From assembly GCF_032062105.1 (NCBI RefSeq), contig NW_026940735.1, positions 620,001 to 684,000 on the forward strand: 64,000 bases of DNA, in the 5' to 3' direction. Each line of letters starts with the position of its first letter. Within the stretch, counting starts at the first letter, position 1. The stretch is from Saccostrea cucullata (taxonomy: Eukaryota). This document shows, in pieces, positions 1 to 12,626 of this stretch. A program made the translations under genes and the position numbers. The notes beneath the pieces were generated by a model that saw only the letters and a program-made list of their open reading frames with translations, had not been told where the DNA came from and did no database searches.

Positions 1-256
1 GTGTTCCCCAATTTTACAAATTATATGATTGTTGACTTAAATTTCAGTTCTCTTTATTTAGCATATGTAATTGCCTATCCAACCTTTATATTAACACTTT
101 TCATATCAGTGTATATAATGTATTTATAAATGTACATTTACATGTATTTATTGAAAACATTGCTAATAAAATATGACACCTCCAAAGAGATTAATTCGCT
201 ACCGGAGGGGGCTATAGATTTCCTCCTCCATATTAGGTTGTTAATGTGTGTCACTA

Positions 257-259
<3 letters not shown>

Positions 260-301
<42 letters not shown>
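260..301. repeat. (GA)n microsatellite
   Basis: About 20 uninterrupted GA units. Confidence 0.95.
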
Positions 302-305
<4 letters not shown>

Positions 306-782
306 CAGAAATTGATATTCCTTTAAACACTGTACTATAAATATCTTCTCCACGAGCTCGTATTTTTCATGTTTGATAAAAAAGAAAGTCCAAAAATAAA
401 TATCATGATTGAGAAATTGAAATCAGAAATGTCAACACCATCCAACAACTTTGCAGTGTGTTTCTTTTATAAGTTTATTAAACTTATTTACACTAGTTTA
501 CAAGTCAAACAATTTAAATTATCCTACATGTATATACATGTAACTGTTTATTGAAAATAAAATACAGTATATCAAAAACATTTGTTATAAAAATAACTTT
601 ACCAATTTAAAAATTGTTGAAGAGACAATATAAAAATTGCCATTATGAGGGTTACAATAAATTGTCACTATATGTAATGCATGTAGTATCACTAGAGATA
701 CAAAAGATATATCCATTTTTAGCATGACTATATACATTGAATTATCACATATAATCATAGCAAAAGTCAATAGTAAATCATT

Positions 783-3083
783 TCATTTAACATTAATTGT
801 GGTTATGTGTTTTTCTCTAGCAGAACCATCCCCTGCCTTTGTTGCTGGAGGGTTTACTGTACCATTCTTCATGCTGTCCTGGTAATTGTTAGAGTTGTTT
901 TCTGACCCATTAAAATTTTCATAAATTGGCTGTTCTGTATGCACAGTTTTACTGTTGTCTGCCTCAGACTTGATCTGACTCTTGACATCGGGACTATTTT
1001 CTTTTTTGCCATCCTTTTTCTTAAATTGAGCAACGCCCTTGTAAAGAAGAGGCCCATCTTTATGCAACAAAAGGCTTGGCCAAACAACATATTCAATGAT
1101 GTCACCAGACCTTGTGTACGCCCTGTACATTTCCACGGAATCTGTGCTGGTAACCATATATACGGGCGGATCCTGGAGTGCCATCATCCAACAGAGGCGT
1201 GCGCAAAGTTTTAAAAAGTCATTGGTGTGTTTACAGTTCTGCAGCTGGTCCACAGTAATTCCCAATTCTTTACACAATTTCTGATCTTTTATGACATTAT
1301 ATGGAAGGATCTGAAGATAATATGTAGAAAGATAATAGTTTTTTGCTCTTTAAAACTAACACATCCACTCAATATCAAATAGGAATACTAATATTAAATT
1401 GTCAATAAAAATAATATTTACCTTTAAAGCTTCACTTAGGGTGATTTCACAATGTTTTCTGATAAAATCTCTACATTTTCTGTCTAATTCGACTGCCATT
1501 TCCTTAAAAAAAGGAACATTATTATCTCCAATATTAATTGTTCCGGTTTGATTAAAAATTATCCCACTTTTTCTCAAAATATTTTACATTTATTGAACTA
1601 ACTTTTTATTTATATACTTACTTCTACATTTTTATTGTGAAATGAGACCGCATCCCTGACCTGTTGTAATTGTTCCGCTGCTTTCTTTTCGCATTCTTTA
1701 TACGTTACCTTAAAAGGGAATGAAGAACATATAAAACACATTGCTTTAGGTAGCATTTACACGTATATGGTCTCACTATGGATTATACCATTTACAAACA
1801 AATTGAATTAACTCATTATTTCGAATTCTCAGACAATTAATTCAGCGTAAGAAATACCACATTACTACAGTAGAATCTGAATATGTTGATGGCATCTTCA
1901 CCTTGGCAAAATTAAATAGGAACTTGATGACAGCGATGTCTATATCCTCTTCTGGTGTTTCCTCCGGGAACTCGCCCGCCTGCTTCAGCTCCTCTGCCGC
2001 GTCCGTCCATTCGTTGTCGTACAGTTCTGAGAACTTCTCTGCCAACTTACTGGGTCGATTCTGGTCGCTTAGATCAGCTATGGCAGGATTGTTTGATTTC
2101 AAACGGGCACCTGCGACTTCCGATATCCTGAAAAAAGTAAGATGTTAGATATTAAAAGGTAAGTATACACCAAAATTTGATTTTTGAATGACGAAATGTA
2201 TTTTTAAAAAACTTTTTCTCCTAGTATCTTAAAATGTAGACTTCTTACAGTTCATGTAATTCAGAGTTTACTTTAAGAAAAGCGACGTTTGCTTTCAAAT
2301 GTACGTGGATTCCTTTCACTCTCGATTCCTAAGGTCACACGACACATTTCAAATGCTTTGTTCATATGTAACCATTTATTTATCCCGAGACTTTGTAATC
2401 GAAGAGCTTTTACATTTTATTTTTTTCTTATATGATTAAAAGATATTCATTAAGATGCTAGATCTTTAGAAAGTATATGATTACATGTAAGAATTATAAA
2501 TTTATAGTTTTGGTATGTTGTGTAGAGATCACAATCATGAATCAATCCTTGGGGAACTTGAGTGCCGTTAGACCTTGCCACATTCTATACAAAAAAGCTT
2601 ATTACGGCAATGCATTGTCCAAAAATTGCTATATAAATACGTGTAACTATGAATCTCACTTATTCAAAATATCTTGACGTTGTTTTTCAAGATTAGCAAG
2701 CTTCTCTTTATTTGCTGTCAGACTCAGGTATGAGGGTGAATTTTCATCCTGCAGAGTAAATAGTAGGGACATTTACTATATATAGTTCCAACATGACTGA
2801 AATTTTTTTCTCCGATATCTTTTTGAATAATGTAACGATTTTAGTATACCTTATGGTGCTGTTGAATAAATCCCTGTAAGGCTTTGACATCGTCCACGGA
2901 TAACGATTTCTTGCCGTTCTTATACTCACACAGCACGGTGTAGAGATGTTGGTAAGGGTCTCCGGGTGGGCGGGGCCGACCAGAAGAGCCTTTGGGTGGG
3001 CGGAACGTTTCAGAAGAGTCTTTAGGTTGACTGGAAGCGGGGGTATTTCCCTGTTGACTGACACCAGTCCCCATTTTATCCAT
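783..3083 (-). CDS. Mieap (mitochondria-eating protein) C-terminal-domain-like protein, ~414 aa, 6 coding exons
   Basis: Exons 3083-2850, 2748-2660, 2127-1902, 1708-1622, 1502-1422, 1310-783, all GT-AG and frame-consistent. Family-typical motifs ISEVAGARLKSNNPAIADLSDQNRPSKLAEKFSELYDNEWTDA and LCWMMALQDPP...YRAYTRSG...YVVWPSLLLHKDGPLLYKGVAQ. Start is ATG 3083 (MDK) or 3074 (MGTGVS). Confidence 0.8.
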
Positions 3084-3353
3084 TCGAAAGTAGCTGCATG
3101 TAAATAAATATATCAATAAAATCTACCATGCAACAGAGACACATATAAACGTAATAATCATATACCTGGTGAATCTGAAATGTACCACCTATACCATTAT
3201 ATCCCTGGACACCTATAGTTCATGTCATCGGATTCTTCAATATCTGCTTTCGGTTTGGCAACAAGAATGCTATATTTACATTTAAATATTTAGCACTTAA
3301 CAGGTGAATCAAATCGCCTGACCTGGAATTCATACTGCCATGTCCTCTGTTCT

Positions 3354-3367
3354 ATGAAAAGGAAACC
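3354..3367 (+). promoter_or_regulatory. ISRE/IRF-like site in the divergent intergenic region
   Basis: ATGAAAAGGAAACC fits RNGAAANNGAAAC; partial sites on the - strand near 3247-3258 and 3527-3540. Short motif in AT-rich DNA. Confidence 0.3.
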
Positions 3368-3959
3368 GTGGCTTATTGCATCAAAGTGCTGTGTGTTGAA
3401 TCTTTCCTTGCATCACCAATTCCATTGCAATATGTTTCAAGGTTAGAGTAACAACATAGGCATTTGAGTCATATCTACTTATTTGTTAGCTTATCACTGC
3501 ATGTATAACCATTTAATAGTGTCTAGTACTTTCGTTTTAAAAAAATTAACATCCCTGTAAAACACTATTTAGTTGAGTGGTAACCGAGGAAGTATTGTTT
3601 AATTTTGCCACGTTTCCCGATATACAGTACGAACAAGTTCGTAATCAAGTTTTACGACCTTTTACACAAAGTCTATATGAATATTGATTGATATTTCGTA
3701 ATTTTCTGACATAATTTTTTTTTTAAATCGAAAAATACGTATAGACTTTATCTAATGTTTAGAATATAGAAAAATAATAATAATACATGTAATATAACCT
3801 GTGGATGTCCATATTAATAGTTAATACTATTCTGTCAACAGAAAGCGAGACCCCCAGTCATTAAAAGCTGGTACGTACAGTACTTGATAGCTACGTACAT
3901 TTATAACAAGATGTTTAGTGAATCACTGATTTCCCTGCACGGTTTCTTGTGGTGAGGAT

Positions 3960-4540
3960 TGAAGTGTCTCAAATGCATGTCTATCTCCAAGGTCAAGGAA
4001 TCAAAAATGTTGTTACCAAACAAAGGATAATCGTGAAAAATGTATTTGAAATATGAAAGCTTGTGGTTTTTTAAGTGGGTAAAACTCTAAGGTCAAAGTG
4101 TAAAAATTAATAGTACCCATGGGAAGGTCTTGTTATATGAAATATACAAATGAAATACTGTATAGAAGCCCCAAACCAATTGTTCAAACATCTTGGCGAA
4201 GATTAAAGTTTTTCAGATGTAGGTCTTAAAATAAAACCCCAACGTCAAAGTCAAAAGTTGTTGGTATCCAAAGGAAGGTCATAAGAAATAGAAAGCCCTG
4301 GTACGCATTGTTCAAAAGGTATGGCATAAGGCAAAGCTGTTTTTTATTTGAAGTGAGTCAAACCAAATTGGCAATTTTTTGCAAAAGTGGGTCAAACTCC
4401 AAGGCCAAACAGTCAAATTTGTTGGAACCCAAAAGAAAGGTCTTGTCACAAGGAATACACCTGTGAAATATTAAAGTCATACCCCTACCCTCTCAAAAGT
4501 TATGGACAAGGTTAAAGTTTTTGCGGAAAGACAGACAGAT
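3960..4540. repeat. Degenerate Helentron-associated (HINE-like) repeat with AAGGTCAA-rich subunits
   Basis: Recurrent aaggtcaa / aaggtcttgt / ttaaagttttt motifs; related to the opposite-orientation block at 53960-54840. Confidence 0.55.
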
Positions 4541-4758
4541 TTAGCATTAGAGTCTTACTTTTTTGCAAAGATATATGAACAATAAGCATTGAAAATTGAA
4601 GCTTAGCCTCGAAACATTTTTTTCTTATGGTTTAGCGCCTTCTACTCTTAATTAATGTGCTTCAGATGTCTTTCAAATTCATGGGCTAACAAATATCAAG
4701 GGAAACATCAAATTAAGGTATTTTGACCACATTTATCGTTTCTTGTTTTCTGTCGAAG

Positions 4759-6923
4759 GTCGAGTGTCGAAGACCGACTCCCTGTTGGTGATGGCCATTG
4801 ACTTCGGGACGACCTATTCTGGATACGCCTTTCAGTTTAGACATGACTATGAAGCTGACAGGATTGGAAGTATTTTTACTAACACGTCATGGGTTGCAGA
4901 GGGCGGGAATGGTCTAATGTCTTGGAAAACACCTACCACCTTGCTTCTAAATGCAGACGACAGTTTCAACTCTTTTGGGTACGAGGCTGAGGAGGTGTAC
5001 CAGGACTTGATAGAAAACGAAGAACACCATGACTACCACTATTTCCGCCGATTTAAAATGATGCTCCACAACAAAATGGTACTTTTTCCACTCGATTCAT
5101 CCGTATTTGTAATATATCCATTAATATACCAAAGCATGATAAATGAAAAACTTTTTTATTTCTAAACTTACCAAATTAATAACTTTGTGAGACAAAAAAT
5201 ACTATTCACCGTTCTTGATACAAGTCTGATATGTCATCAATCTCTCTGTTTGAAGATAATGAACCGTGACGTCATTATTGAAGATTCGGGTGGGCGTGGA
5301 TTTCCAGCTCGTACAGTGTTCAGACATTCCATTGAATACCTGAAAAAGCATTTCTTCAAAACTATAGAAGAACGTGCATTGAATCTAAAACCCGAAGACA
5401 TACAGTGGGTCCTCACAGTTCCTGCAATATGGAATGAACCTGCGAAACAATTCATGAGAGAAGCCGCAGTGGAGGCAAGTGAATGACTAATCTTAACTTT
5501 ATTTACCAATTTTTTGAATTCGAGAGAGAAAGAGAGAGGAGAGAAAGCTAAGTTTTTTTTTTTTTTGCTTTTATGATTCAGGCGGGAATACCGTCAGATA
5601 ACCTGCAGTTGGCCCTTGAACCTGAAGCAGCCTCGTTGTTCTGCAAATATGTGCCAGCCGAGAAGCAGGCGGATGAAGATGGACAGAACATGAAAATAGT
5701 TCCATTTAGTATCGGGACTCGGTATATGATACTAGATCTCGGTGGTATGTAAAAATGTGTTACTTCAGAGAAAAACAGACAGACACGAATGTATTTGATA
5801 GGCTTAGGCTCAAATGATTTCTTATACTTATGTTCAATATACATTATCAGGTGGAACTGGCGACGTTACAGTCCATGAAGTTGTAGATGAAAATTCCCTA
5901 CGAGAAATCAATGTAGCCAGTGGAGGTGCATGGGGAGGGACAAACGTGGATAAGGCATACTACAACATGCTTAAATCTATTTTTGGGGAGGACGTTCTAT
6001 TGAAGTTTAAAACAGAAAGACGAACGGACATGCTTGAGTTTCAGAGGGATTTTGAAATGAAAAAGAGATATATTCGAGATAAATTGGGACAAAACACTCG
6101 ACCAGTTATTATCTCCGTTCCAGCCGTGCTTTCTGATTATGTAAAAGAAATGAAAGGCATGAGCTTGAAAGATATCGTAGCAAACTCAGAGTTTGCTGAC
6201 AAAATAAAAATAAAACCAGGGAACAAACTTGCAATTGATAGAGAATTAATGGAAACGCTATTTGATGATCCTAAGAAACAAATCGTAGCACATGTTCGAA
6301 ACATCCTGGAAAATCAAGATAATGAAAACAGAATATCTGCCATATTGATGGTTGGTGGATTTTCCACATCCAATATTATAGTGGATGCGGTGAAACAGGC
6401 GTTTCCCGAACTTCGCGTTGTAGTTCCCCCGGATGCTGGTTTAGCCATAGTGAAAGGAGCCGTCTTATGTGGACATGCCCCATTAACCATCTCTTCACGT
6501 GTTTGCAAATATACGTATGGAGTTGCTGTCTACGACAATTTCGATGAAAAGCGACATCCACCGGAAAAAAGATTGGAACACGACAACGAGGTTCTTTGTA
6601 AGGATCTCTTCAGCAAGTTCATCGAGGCTGGCCAAAGTGTTGATGTCAACAAAAGTGTAGATGAAACATACGACGTACCAAAACCACACGCTCCAATGTC
6701 CCTACAAATATATGCAACCCCCGATAAAAATCCATTGTTTACGACGGACGAGAACTGCGAGATGCTCGGGAAAATTATCATCAAACCGCCAGAGGGCGGA
6801 TGGAAAAAGGGCGCGCAAATAAAGGTCTCTATGAAGTTTGGAGGAACAGAGTTCGAGGTTCACGCAACAGACCCCCAGAATCCAGATGCAGTCTACTCAA
6901 CACGGTTTGATTTTCTGCTGTAA
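4759..6923 (+). CDS. HSPA12: Heat shock 70 kDa protein 12A/B-like (atypical Hsp70); 5' coding exon(s) not resolved
   Basis: Exons 4759-5078, 5256-5474, 5582-5744, 5851-6923. Motifs VMAIDFGTTYSGYAF, KTPTTLL, WVLTVPAIW..AKQFMREAA, LALEPEAASLFC, DLGGGTGD, GGAWGGTNVD, LMVGGFS, AIVKGAV, FGGTEF. Possible upstream mini-exon 3842-3870. Confidence 0.93.
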
Positions 6924-8003
6924 TCTTATAATAACAACCTTCATTGTCGTATCTTAATTTTCGATATATTTGTGTACATTCGCTGAATAATTACAGAGCA
7001 ATATGTCCATTATATACTCTACAAAACTCTATACGAATTTTGTGCAAGCAATTAGCTTCCAAAAATTCGAATACTTATGAATTTTACCGAAAAAAAATGT
7101 GTTATGATACTCAAGAGCAATTAGTCCCTCAAGGTCTTTAAACCATATTCTCAATCAGATCATTTATTTGTGAATTTTATTGTAACTTGTGTAATCACTA
7201 TCATTCACTTTTGTGCTTATCACCATATTAAAATCAATAAAATGCATGTTGTGGAACTGTTCATTTTCTATAAGGATAAAACTGCATGATTGTTGGATGT
7301 TTCTCCTGTACAACAATGTGAATTGACATTTTTTTTTCTCACCTTCTGCCTCATATGAAATGCAATACTGAAAATGGTGTTTTTTGAGTTTATTCATATT
7401 TACTGTAAATGCATGTTTTAGAATATCAGCCTAATTTTTTTTATTGTTCATACATATATTTTTGTACAATACACATGTGACATTTCTGAATTGAATTTTT
7501 ATGACTCATTTTTTAATCAATTGTGATAAAAAAATCATCCTGAAAATAAAAAGGTGAATATTATGACTCGTTTTACATACTATTAAGAACTTTATACGAA
7601 TGAATTCCTCATAGCTTAGTGATCATGCTTTCCTTCATTATCACATTATACTCTAACTTAATTAATAACCATTGCCTTCCTGAGTTATAGGAGTCTTGCT
7701 GACTAACAATTCTAATGGATTAAAATCATTCAAAAATGAATAATAATAATAAAACAATGATCACATACTAGTTCACAAAAATCAAATTTCTCCTCAGATG
7801 CGTCTCTCACATGTAATAATTAGTGAAGATGATCACTCCAATATGGTCTACAAACAGCCAGATAAATGTTACACTTGCTCTATCTCTTACAGCTGTATGA
7901 ACGTGAAAGCCCACATTTCTTCCTCCCTTCTTTCTTCTATGAAGTTTACATTTGATCACAGACTGATGTTTAACACTGAAGTAACTTTAAGGAAACACTT
8001 TTG

Positions 8004-11000
8004 TTAAGTTTTAGATTCCTCTTTAGCATCACTAGTCCCTGATTCCTGGTCAGATTTCTTAAACTCCATGTCAATTCTTTCCTTTGCTCGATATACCTGA
8101 AAATATTGACATTATTTTTTTTAAATGCATAGACATTGTAAAAGTAATAACTTACAGTACGATTATTTTTTAGTACATTTACACAACTGAACTTTAGAAA
8201 AAAGTTCAATTTCAATTTTAAATTCAATCATGTTCATCCCCTTCCCAGGAAAAAAAATCCTTTACACCCCATTATTTTATTATAAGTGATTTAATTCTTT
8301 TCTTTCTTTGTTTTTTTAACTTACCTTGGACTGTAAGTATAGAGAACCTCCTTTAGCTTTATCATTGACTTCAAATAAATGTTTGTAGTTTTTCTCAACA
8401 GTTTCTACATCTTCTAAATTGTTTACATTCAAAATCTGTTTGGCCTCCTAAATAAAGAACACAATATAATAAATAAGCAAGTTATTTGCACAAATGAAAA
8501 GTTTTTTTCCATCTATCTGACTGTTAACTTAAATTTGTTTTTCTAAATTTGCATTAGTACATGTACCTTTTGAGGTGTATTCTAAGGAAAAATAAATTAT
8601 TTTTATAATGCCTTTCTTAAAGCAATAAATGCAAAATTGTTAAAATTTCTAAATGATTTGACCAAAAAATACATATTTTGAGCATGAAACAAAATTTCTG
8701 TGAGATGCATAAAAACTTACATACCAGTACACATATCACAGAGAGAATACAAATGGTAGTTGCGAATGGGACAAGACTAACTTGAGTGACACTGACCATG
8801 TTGTATTTAACAGTTTTTTTAATGGAAGATTGACGATGAAAAAAACATGCTATTAAATATACCGGGTATTCCAGTGACACTTGTAAATTTCATAAAGGTC
8901 TTTTAGGTTGACAGAAAATGTTACATAACACAGAATGCATCACCTGTAAACTAATTCCTGATACGGTATCATTAGCGGCTCTTCTAGCCCCCTGTCTCCC
9001 TCCCCCTGCTCTCTGAGCTGCCTGCTGACTGGCTTTAAATTCCTCCTGGACTGCCCTAGTGAATGCACGAGCTACCACTTGAGCACAACCAATAATAAGT
9101 TCTATTAATGGTTTCTGAAATAACAAAAACATTTGGATCACTCACCAAAGTAAATGAACATTACAGTGTCAATTAAGAGACATACATACATTTTGAGGTG
9201 TGTGAATGCACAAACAAATGGCCAGACTATCTTTTGAATTTCACTGACAGTTGACAATCATATTATTTACATTATGACATAGCTGGATAGAAAATTATTA
9301 CTTCTGAAAACTTTATTTACATTGCAAACTGTTTGGTCTAAACAGTTTGCAAAGTAAATAAGTTTTGGGGCATGTATTTTTGAAAACATAATAAGAGGAA
9401 ATTCAAGTTCATTAGAAGAAAAATTAACGCATTGTGCAGGAAAATTTTGATGAGTCCACATGGAAAAAAAAGTTCTCAATCATCTCAGCAAGGATAGAAA
9501 CATGGTAGGAAAGGGGTAGCATGAATTTCTTGCAAAAGATGTTCAAAAATGAATTTAATGAAATTCTCTGCCAAAAAAATGGTATGTGCATGCACATGTA
9601 ACAGGAGAGGAGAAAAATGCAGTAGACCAGACCGGGCTGTGAACCCGGGCCCCCTGAAATGGCCTGAATCTCCGGTCAGGTGCTCTACCAACTGAGCTAT
9701 CTGGTCATTGGCGATTGAACCCAACAAACCACTAGGGCTGTGTATTGAGCCAAAAATTTCGATACGATACAATACAATATTTTTTAAAGCGATATGCGAT
9801 ATATTGGATTCTAAAACAAGTCCATCAGGAAAGGCTTCTAATCATTTTAATGCATGAATTTCATAACAGTTAAGTGTTTTATTACCCATTTTAAAGTTCT
9901 TGTCTCATTGTCATTACAAATAATGCTTCAAATTAAAACTTTTAATGACAGTAAAATCAATGTGTTCAAATAAAATTATCTTTGTATTTTGTAATAATTA
10001 TAAAAACTGTTATTTCCTTAAAAATTATATAATTATTGATCAGTTTTAATTCAAAATATAATCTTTGGTGGTTGAAATTCCCATCTTTTTAACAGAATTA
10101 GAAGAAAAACTGTCTGTCCGATACGTATTGGAAGTTATTTTTCCATTCGATATTTTTCTTGAATACCGATACATATCGATATATTGATACAGCCCTACTA
10201 ACCACCATACACATTTATAACATGCCTTTTTATAGTTTGTGGTAGGTCTTAAACTGTACAACAGGCAGTGATTGGAAAGGCCAGAATGGTAAATGGGACT
10301 ATGGCGCAAATGTTACCATTTTTAATCAACCATTTTGAAAATGAAATCATGGGCCATCAATATAATCTGAAGGGCCATTTTAAGAATTAACAAAATGACC
10401 AAAAAATACGAAATACGAAAGAAAACTTTTTTATACTTAACCGAATCTAATTTTTCACATATGAAAAAAAAATGCAGCAAATTTAAAGGAACTTTCATAG
10501 AATTTAGTTTAACCGTATTTTGTGTTTAATTATTTCAATATTTGGAAAGAGCAGTGGAGCATCTGAAAAGTTCTGCAATAGTCTGCTTCGAATACTTGGT
10601 TCTACAACTATCTCCTATAGGAATGATCTAAAGTATGAAGTATTTCAAGCACACTATTGCGGCACTCGGAGTTCCTTGGATGGCTCGTACCTCGCACATA
10701 ACCTCAGACGTCAACAGTGATCAACCATTTTGCTGATTATTCATGTGATATTATTTGAATTTCATTCAAATGTTATACTTTTGAAATCCGAGTTACTTTG
10801 TTGCACGCCCAACACTGTGTTCTTGTTTTCAAAGACTACTTACATATCTTTGTAATTAACATGGGGAATTACACAAATAAAGAAACCTTTTTGAAGAACT
10901 TTAGGCAGAGCCAAATATGAAATGAGTGACAAGGCAGTTTCCGGCGGAGAAATGTATCGACTTGATGCGTATTACTCCACCTATCACATCCGAGATTTGA

Positions 11001-11808
11001 ATGGAGCATAGCGGAGTCAGCCAAGGATTGCCATGATTGCCGATTGCTGGAACTCTTCAGCATCGGAGGTTTAGATGAATAGCAAACGGCCATGAAAAAT
11101 AAACAACTTTATATTTTGCTGGATTTAAACCCTTTAAAGGTAAGACATGAATAGTAATAGAGACTTGAAAGGATGTCCAAAGGAAAAAGTTGAAGCAGGC
11201 AGGTAATTCATTTCAGCCCGTATTGATTGAAACAAGCAGTCAAAGTCTGGGCAAGTCAATTTGTATGGGACTGGGCTGAGGTGTATAGTGGACATCAGAC
11301 CAAATTTTAGTCCCTTCGAATCTCGCTGAGATTAGGTCGCACCCAAGAACAATGAAATCTAAAATCATCAGATTTACTGTCTTTAAGTTTAGGCAACCAT
11401 AAAACCATTAAAAGGTTTTCCAATTTTCCCTGATTTATTTGAGGGCTATCAAGGAAGCTTGGAATCTTCCAAGTTATGTAGATTCATTTGAAAAATGACA
11501 TTTTCATGACTCATAAGATGTGAATGGGGAATAAGAATTTAATCCAATTATATTCATTATAAAACTTAGTATGAGACACTATTAAAAAAGGGCTTTTAGA
11601 AAAACTGAATTAAAAAAGATATATCAAGTCCTGCTAATTAAATAACTTGATTTATGCTTCTATAACCTATTTGAAGTATTTCATCATGTTCATTACTTAT
11701 CAAATAAAGCTTTCAGTCATTCATATCAATTTGCTTTTTTTCTTTATATATCAGCAACAGCTTTGCTGTCCTTTACCTTACCAACAGTACAGGTAACATA
11801 CTCACCAT
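8004..11808 (-). CDS. PAM16: Mitochondrial import motor subunit TIM16/Magmas
   Basis: Exons 11808-11806 (ATG only, ATG|GTGAGT, at the end of exon 11858-11806), 9114-8944, 8447-8325, 8096-8004. [59 protein letters not shown]. Probable non-coding first exon with a donor near 12400. Confidence 0.92.
9599..9720 (-). mobile_element. tRNA-derived SINE-like repeat, family A
   Basis: - strand GACCAGATAGCTCAGTTGGTAGAGCACCTGAC (A box)...GGGTTCACAGCCC (B-box-like); second copy at 13193-13290. Confidence 0.7.
9733..10197. mobile_element. hAT-type MITE
   Basis: Termini TAGGGCTGT...ACAGCCCTA, subterminal CGATA repeats, 8-bp flanks CAAACCAC / CTAACCAC (7/8 TSD). Confidence 0.75.
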
Positions 11809-12099
11809 ATTTATTATTATTTTGAGTTACGTATATTCAATGTTATAAAAGTCTCTCTCTGGAAGGACGGGGAACATGCTAAAAATCAATGTCACTTTGT
11901 AGCTTGAATTCAAAATTTAGATTCCGAACCCGATCAGAAAAAAACTCCAAAATATCATTATCATTCAAAACATGACAACTGTCGCACTCTAACACCATGC
12001 ATTTAATAAATTATTATCTAATAAATAATAAAAATGAAATTAAAACAATTTGTCGTCGGTGAAATTAATATTTACTTCTTATTTCGATCAAACATTAAG

Positions 12100-12626
12100 T
12101 TAACCAAGATGAACAATGGACACAAAGACGTAAATCTCCGACCACCCAGAGGGTCTGGTAAAGAATCACGTTAGCGTTTGTAACCGTCAGAGGGCGCTAT
12201 CTTGTTTTCATTTTGACGATCCTTTTTGAATACATATGTTATATGTGTTTCTTCTCCTGGATTGTGACTTTATATTAATAATCTAATCTTTAATGGGACA
12301 CGAAACGAGAAATTACAATATCAATCGAAGGAAAAGGGCTACACTACTTTCACTTTTGCTTTGTACAGAATATTTGCAAGACATAATAAAACACACTTAC
12401 CTATAACTGGTAGGCATTGTAAACAAATTAATACTTTTACACTTCAAGTTATTTTTCTGCTGATTTATCATGTATATTTATTTAAATCGTCTAGGTGTGT
12501 TCTTTTCAGCCAATCAAAAAAAGAATTTCGGTAATTACCCTCTGGGTTAACCAAGATGAACACTATGGACACAATGACAGCAGCTTCCGGTTTGTGCAAT
12601 TACAACTTTCACTTTAAACGTGCAAA
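12100..12626. promoter_or_regulatory. Putative bidirectional promoter region of PAM16/LRRC59
   Basis: Divergent 5' ends within a few hundred bp; CCAAT ~12510, ETS-like CTTCCGGT ~12584, CTCF-like CCGTCAGAGGGCGCTA 12184-12199. Confidence 0.55.

Noticed and set aside
10831-10845. AAGACTACTT resembling the U3 snoRNA 5' end
   Set aside because: No downstream box A/B/C/D pattern could be matched.
4759-11808. HSPA12 next to PAM16 (a J-like co-chaperone) as a chaperone 'operon'
   Set aside because: PAM16 is a conserved mitochondrial import-motor subunit working with mtHsp70; it is convergent with HSPA12 and shares its 5' region with LRRC59.
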